A stretch of 64,000 bases of DNA from assembly GCA_965203465.1 (NCBI GenBank), contig CBDBCR010000003.1:288001-352000 (forward strand), written 5' to 3'. Below are positions 60,181 to 64,000 of this stretch, one piece after another. This stretch comes from Nitrosopumilaceae archaeon (GTDB lineage: Archaea; Thermoproteota; Nitrososphaeria; Nitrososphaerales; Nitrosopumilaceae). Positions within the stretch are counted from its first letter, which is position 1. The number at the start of each line of letters is the position of its first letter. A model generated the notes under the pieces. That model did no database searches, was not told the DNA's origin, and saw nothing but the letters and a program-made list of their open reading frames with translations. A program made the position numbers and the translations under genes.

Positions 60181-60759
60181 TCATTTTCTCTTGAGTCGTC
60201 TTGCTATTTCGTCCACGCGATCGACTGAAATCACGCCATCCGGCTCTATGCCACGGTGGTTCGCCCAAGCTACCGCGTCTGCTAGGGTGTGCGCGTAGCT
60301 AGGCGTGGTAGAGCGCAGTCCAATATCCGCCACGAACCCCCGGCTGTCCGTGTCGGACTCTACAACCATAGACGTCAAGGCGTATCCGTTGCCGCTCAGG
60401 AACGCTTCCAGCGGATCGCGCACGGATGCGAAATGGAGATTGTGGTACCTGCGTATGATTTTGTTTAGGGCCGGGTTGGACCCCCTGCCCAGTACTAACC
60501 GCGGTGTCAGTTTTTCGAGCGTGGCGCCTCTTTCCAGCCTTATACAAAACCCAGCGTATTGCCGCATGTCAAAGTTTATCTCGTTCAATACCACGTTGCG
60601 CACATCCTGCTTTCTTGATGTCAGATCCAGGCCGTGCCGCTCGAGCATCTTGGCCATCCTGTCTGCGCCTTCTTGCGTGCATGCTGCTACGCCCATGTGC
60701 CCGTGGTTGCCCGACCCCGGAGTTCCTGAAACATCCACACCCATAAACAACATGCTCAC
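60181..60759 (-). CDS. RNase H-fold protein, DUF3800-like (inferred)
   Basis: N-terminal FMGVDVSG and C-terminal HTLADAVAW resemble the DUF3800 DESG...QxAD pattern. Confidence 0.65.
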   Translation of the reverse strand: MSMLFMGVDVSGTPGSGNHGHMGVAACTQEGADRMAKMLERHGLDLTSRKQDVRNVVLNEINFDMRQYAGFCIRLERGATLEKLTPRLVLGRGSNPALNKIIRRYHNLHFASVRDPLEAFLSGNGYALTSMVVESDTDSRGFVADIGLRSTTPSYAHTLADAVAWANHRGIEPDGVISVDRVDEIARRLKRK

Positions 60760-63700
60760 TCTTCCGACTTGTGTATAAGCAACGCCGCTAGTGCCCGCAG
60801 ATCTTTGGGCGAGAACCCGCCACCTTTCATGTCCCGAGCGACTTTGTCGGCTACTCTTTCCATGGTTTTTTTCTGTTGTGCGGGCATGCTTACCACGTCG
60901 CGCTCCGTCCGCCCGTCCCGGTGCACCACGGTGACTTGGAACGAAGGCCTAGCGTACATTCCGGACACGTCTGCAAAGTGCAGTGCGCCCAGTTGCGTGA
61001 ACCTGTCGCGCATGTCGGCCAAATTTTCCTTGAACGCGCGCCGATCCCCGTCCGTCCAGTCCGCGGGCGGAACTTCGGTCAGGCACATGGCCACGTACTT
61101 TATCCACTCGTCGTCTTTGAGCGTGTCGGCGGCCAGCGCGGTCAGAAACGCCCTAGTCCGGCGGTCGGCGGCGTGTTCCAGCAGGGCGGCCGCAGATTTT
61201 GACAGCTTGTCCCTGTCGCCTGCCTCCATCTCGTCTAGCAGCGCGGTCCGCAGATCCTGCAGCATGCGGGTGAACGCCGACTCTAGTACATTGACGGCGC
61301 TGCCCAGCCTGAGCGCGAATTCGTCCAGCCTGGCCTCCGCCCTGGCGCCGCGCACATGGCCAAGCCCTAGCGCCGCCGGCAGCGACTCGAACAGGAGCGT
61401 GTCGGGCTCTGTCGCCCTGCTTATGGCTTCGCGTACCGCGGACGCGTCTTTTCCTACGGTGTCAGTTTCCTTGACGCACTTGGGCAACGAATTGACCGTC
61501 CTGACCAGCCTGGACACGACGTCTAGTATATCGAGCCTGCCGGATCCGGCCTTGCCCGTCTGTAGCTCGCGCGCGATGCGCTCTAGCGCGGGCCTGTTGG
61601 CCTTGGCGCTTCCCACGTGCTTTACCTCAAAGAGGTCTGGGTTTTTGACCATGCGCTCTAGCGACTCTGCGGTGACCGTCGGGCAGTACGTGCCGTGCTC
61701 GTAGAGGGCGATGGAGTCGCGGTTGGCCAGGATCAGCGCAGTGAGCAGCACCGGCATGATGCCGGCCCTTGCGCCGAACGGCGGCGAGGCGGCCTCCGAG
61801 TAGATCTCGGAGACACGCACCCGTCCCCCGCGTTCCTTGATCATCAAATGCATGCGGTTCCACATTTTCGCTACGAGGCCGCGCGGGGGGTAAAGTCCGA
61901 CCTTTGCGTTCTTGCCGCGGTGTATGCCGGTTCTGCCAAGCAGGGCCTCGTATATGGCACGCTCTGGCCCCCATCCCTCTATTCCCAACCTGGGCGCCCC
62001 GCTGTTTTTGACCATGGCCCCCAAGAGCTTGTTCACGGCCGATGTTCCCTGCGGCGAGACGACGTTGCGGTTTACTATAACGTTGAACACGAGCGGCGCG
62101 TCGGGGTACGCGTCGTCGCACGCTTTGGAGGCAGCCTCGCCAGCGCTGTTCTGCTTGGCAGGCTTGCCGGGTTTTCCCGCGCGGTGCCACTTGGCGCCCT
62201 TGCCGAACGCCGCATCAAACCCGCGCACCATGGCCGACTCTGCGGCCTCTAGCCTCTCGTTGAGCTCCTTGCGCGCCACCCAGTCGACGGTGATCTCCGG
62301 CTTGCTCTCCAACACATCTCGTATGGACGCTGCCTCGATCGCGGCCGCGCGCAATGGCCCCAGGTCGGCTGCCTCTACCGCAAGCACCGGGCGCCTAGGC
62401 GGCGATTCGCTGCGCTCCGGCTTGCCCGTGACGTACGTAATGGCTCCGTCACGCCCTTCAGGCTCTGCCCACTCGCCTTGGCCCCGATCCGCAAAGCGCC
62501 TCTCGAACACCCGGACAGTCCCCGTCTTGCGTGAATGCCGGGCAGCTACGACCGGATCCAGCGGCATGAACTTGTTGAGCATGTCTGCCAGCGGCGCGTC
62601 AGACCAGCGCGTACGCGCAGTCTCCAGGGCCGCCCTTATGTCGGTGTCCGATCCGTGCCAGATCCTGTACTCGTCGGCGTGCCGGCGGTACGTCACGATC
62701 GACTTTTTCTCAAGCACCTGCAAAGCCGCGTCGGACGAGCCGCCCGTCGCGTACCGGACCATGCTGCGAGACGCGCGGAGCCTGCCAGACTTGCCCAGCA
62801 GGTTCAACACCCCGATCGCCTTTAGCGCGCGCGATTCCTCTTCGGACAGACCGCGCGCGTCGCGTATTATGGTGGACACCTCCATCAGCCTAGAGACGTT
62901 GGACGAGGAGGCGTGTGCGAGCGCGGAGCCTGCCACAAAGTAGTCGTACAGTACGTCTAGGCCCACCGCTGGCAGCTCGCCCAGTCCGTCCCAGTCTTTT
63001 TCGTCTATGAACCTGGCAACCGTGTGGGACCCGCCGCCAGCGACAAAGGACAGCAGCGTCCGCTCGTTCTGCCCGTACCGGGAGCACATTTCGGGCAGCA
63101 CCTCTAGGACGAGCGGGTGGAGCGGGTAGCACGATGACAGCAGGCCCTCGCTTATGTCTTGGCCCAATCCTGCATTTCGTGCTTTCTCTGCTTGATCCTT
63201 GGCCCATGCGTCGATCGCTTCCCGGTACTCTTTTTTGACGTGATCTGTTTCGGCGGGCTTTAGCGCGCCGGCCACTAGAAGGCGCGCCTGTTCCGGGGAG
63301 TTTGAGAACGGCAGATCGTCAAAGCGGCCCTGTACTTTGGACCATTCTCGCCGTTGCGCCGTCGACACACCGGTGGCGTACTCTTCGAATGCCATGTGTT
63401 GGAGCGTCACGATAAAGAGCGGGATCCTCTCCGATCCTCCAGCCAGCTCCGCCATGGCCTGCAGTAGGAACAGATCGCCTTCCCCGCGCTGCTCGTCGGT
63501 AAAGTATTCTATGTTCTTGCCAAACTCGTCTACGATTACTAGTATAGGCGCCTTGGCACACATGCCTCGTATCACGTTCAGGATGGATGCGGTGTTGGGC
63601 ATCTTGCCCCCGTCCAGCCCGTTCTTCATACTCTTGAGTGCGTCGGCGCCGTCAAAGGCCCACCTGCGCCGGCCGAAATACCGGCGCGCGCCGTCTTCTA

Positions 63701-64000
63701 GCGCACGCACAATTGTGGCCGCGACCGGCTCGCGACTTGCCGTGACGGTGCAACGTAACAGTCCATTTTTGTGCGCGTTCAAATCTTTACGAGTGTTGTG
63801 CACAGAAGACGCCAGTTCGGGCACCGCGTCGCGCAGGATGCCGTGGGCCTTTTTCCATTCAGCGCTGTTGCCGGGCGCGTACAGCGCGTCCAAGAACACG
63901 GCCATAGTTGACTTGCCGGAGCCGTACGGCCCGGTCACCGATATGGCGCGGCCGTGCTTGCCGCCCCGCATCCCCAGATCCAGCCTTGCGATCGCGTCGA
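60756..64000 (-). CDS. Large P-loop ATPase (SspC/BrxC-like), 5' end probably beyond the window
   Basis: GPYGSGKS, IVDEFGK, EWSKVQGRF, YPLHP, QNERTL. Confidence 0.8.
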   Translation of the reverse strand, partial: DAIARLDLGMRGGKHGRAISVTGPYGSGKSTMAVFLDALYAPGNSAEWKKAHGILRDAVPELASSVHNTRKDLNAHKNGLLRCTVTASREPVAATIVRALEDGARRYFGRRRWAFDGADALKSMKNGLDGGKMPNTASILNVIRGMCAKAPILVIVDEFGKNIEYFTDEQRGEGDLFLLQAMAELAGGSERIPLFIVTLQHMAFEEYATGVSTAQRREWSKVQGRFDDLPFSNSPEQARLLVAGALKPAETDHVKKEYREAIDAWAKDQAEKARNAGLGQDISEGLLSSCYPLHPLVLEVLPEMCSRYGQNERTLLSFVAGGGSHTVARFIDEKDWDGLGELPAVGLDVLYDYFVAGSALAHASSSNVSRLMEVSTIIRDARGLSEEESRALKAIGVLNLLGKSGRLRASRSMVRYATGGSSDAALQVLEKKSIVTYRRHADEYRIWHGSDTDIRAALETARTRWSDAPLADMLNKFMPLDPVVAARHSRKTGTVRVFERRFADRGQGEWAEPEGRDGAITYVTGKPERSESPPRRPVLAVEAADLGPLRAAAIEAASIRDVLESKPEITVDWVARKELNERLEAAESAMVRGFDAAFGKGAKWHRAGKPGKPAKQNSAGEAASKACDDAYPDAPLVFNVIVNRNVVSPQGTSAVNKLLGAMVKNSGAPRLGIEGWGPERAIYEALLGRTGIHRGKNAKVGLYPPRGLVAKMWNRMHLMIKERGGRVRVSEIYSEAASPPFGARAGIMPVLLTALILANRDSIALYEHGTYCPTVTAESLERMVKNPDLFEVKHVGSAKANRPALERIARELQTGKAGSGRLDILDVVSRLVRTVNSLPKCVKETDTVGKDASAVREAISRATEPDTLLFESLPAALGLGHVRGARAEARLDEFALRLGSAVNVLESAFTRMLQDLRTALLDEMEAGDRDKLSKSAAALLEHAADRRTRAFLTALAADTLKDDEWIKYVAMCLTEVPPADWTDGDRRAFKENLADMRDRFTQLGALHFADVSGMYARPSFQVTVVHRDGRTERDVVSMPAQQKKTMERVADKVARDMKGGGFSPKDLRALAALLIHKSEE

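Overview
High-GC archaeal window. The gene content (TBP, TFE, Rpo10, NAC, GCH III, IPK) points to an ammonia-oxidising Nitrososphaerota lineage, Nitrosopumilaceae/Cenarchaeum-like; this is inferred. Bases 1-23.5 kb are mostly housekeeping: purU, tRNA-Leu, rpoN-eno-rps2, a mevalonate/isoprenoid operon, a riboflavin operon, tfe, trm56, hflX and nac. The rest is largely accessory. It holds (i) a complete 4.4-kb IS6-family element with TIRs and an 8-bp TSD that carries an R-M pair and a tRNA-like segment; (ii) a 2400-aa FG-GAP adhesin with a frame-controlling poly-G tract; (iii) an IS110 element whose 5' non-coding end contains readable target and donor guides (bridge RNA); and (iv) an island from about 42 kb to the window end with an integrase, an actin-like ATPase, a VirD4-like ATPase, AbrB plus a repeat array, several nucleases and an Ssp-like phosphorothioation cluster linked to a helicase and a MORC ATPase. 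The top candidate for an undescribed system is a ~65-nt covarying hairpin present four times. Each copy has a TATA-like box upstream and points convergently into a minus-strand stop or gene end: an intact DUF3800-like RNase H-fold gene, a pseudogene of it, or short remnants. All family calls come from motif recognition by eye; no searches were run.
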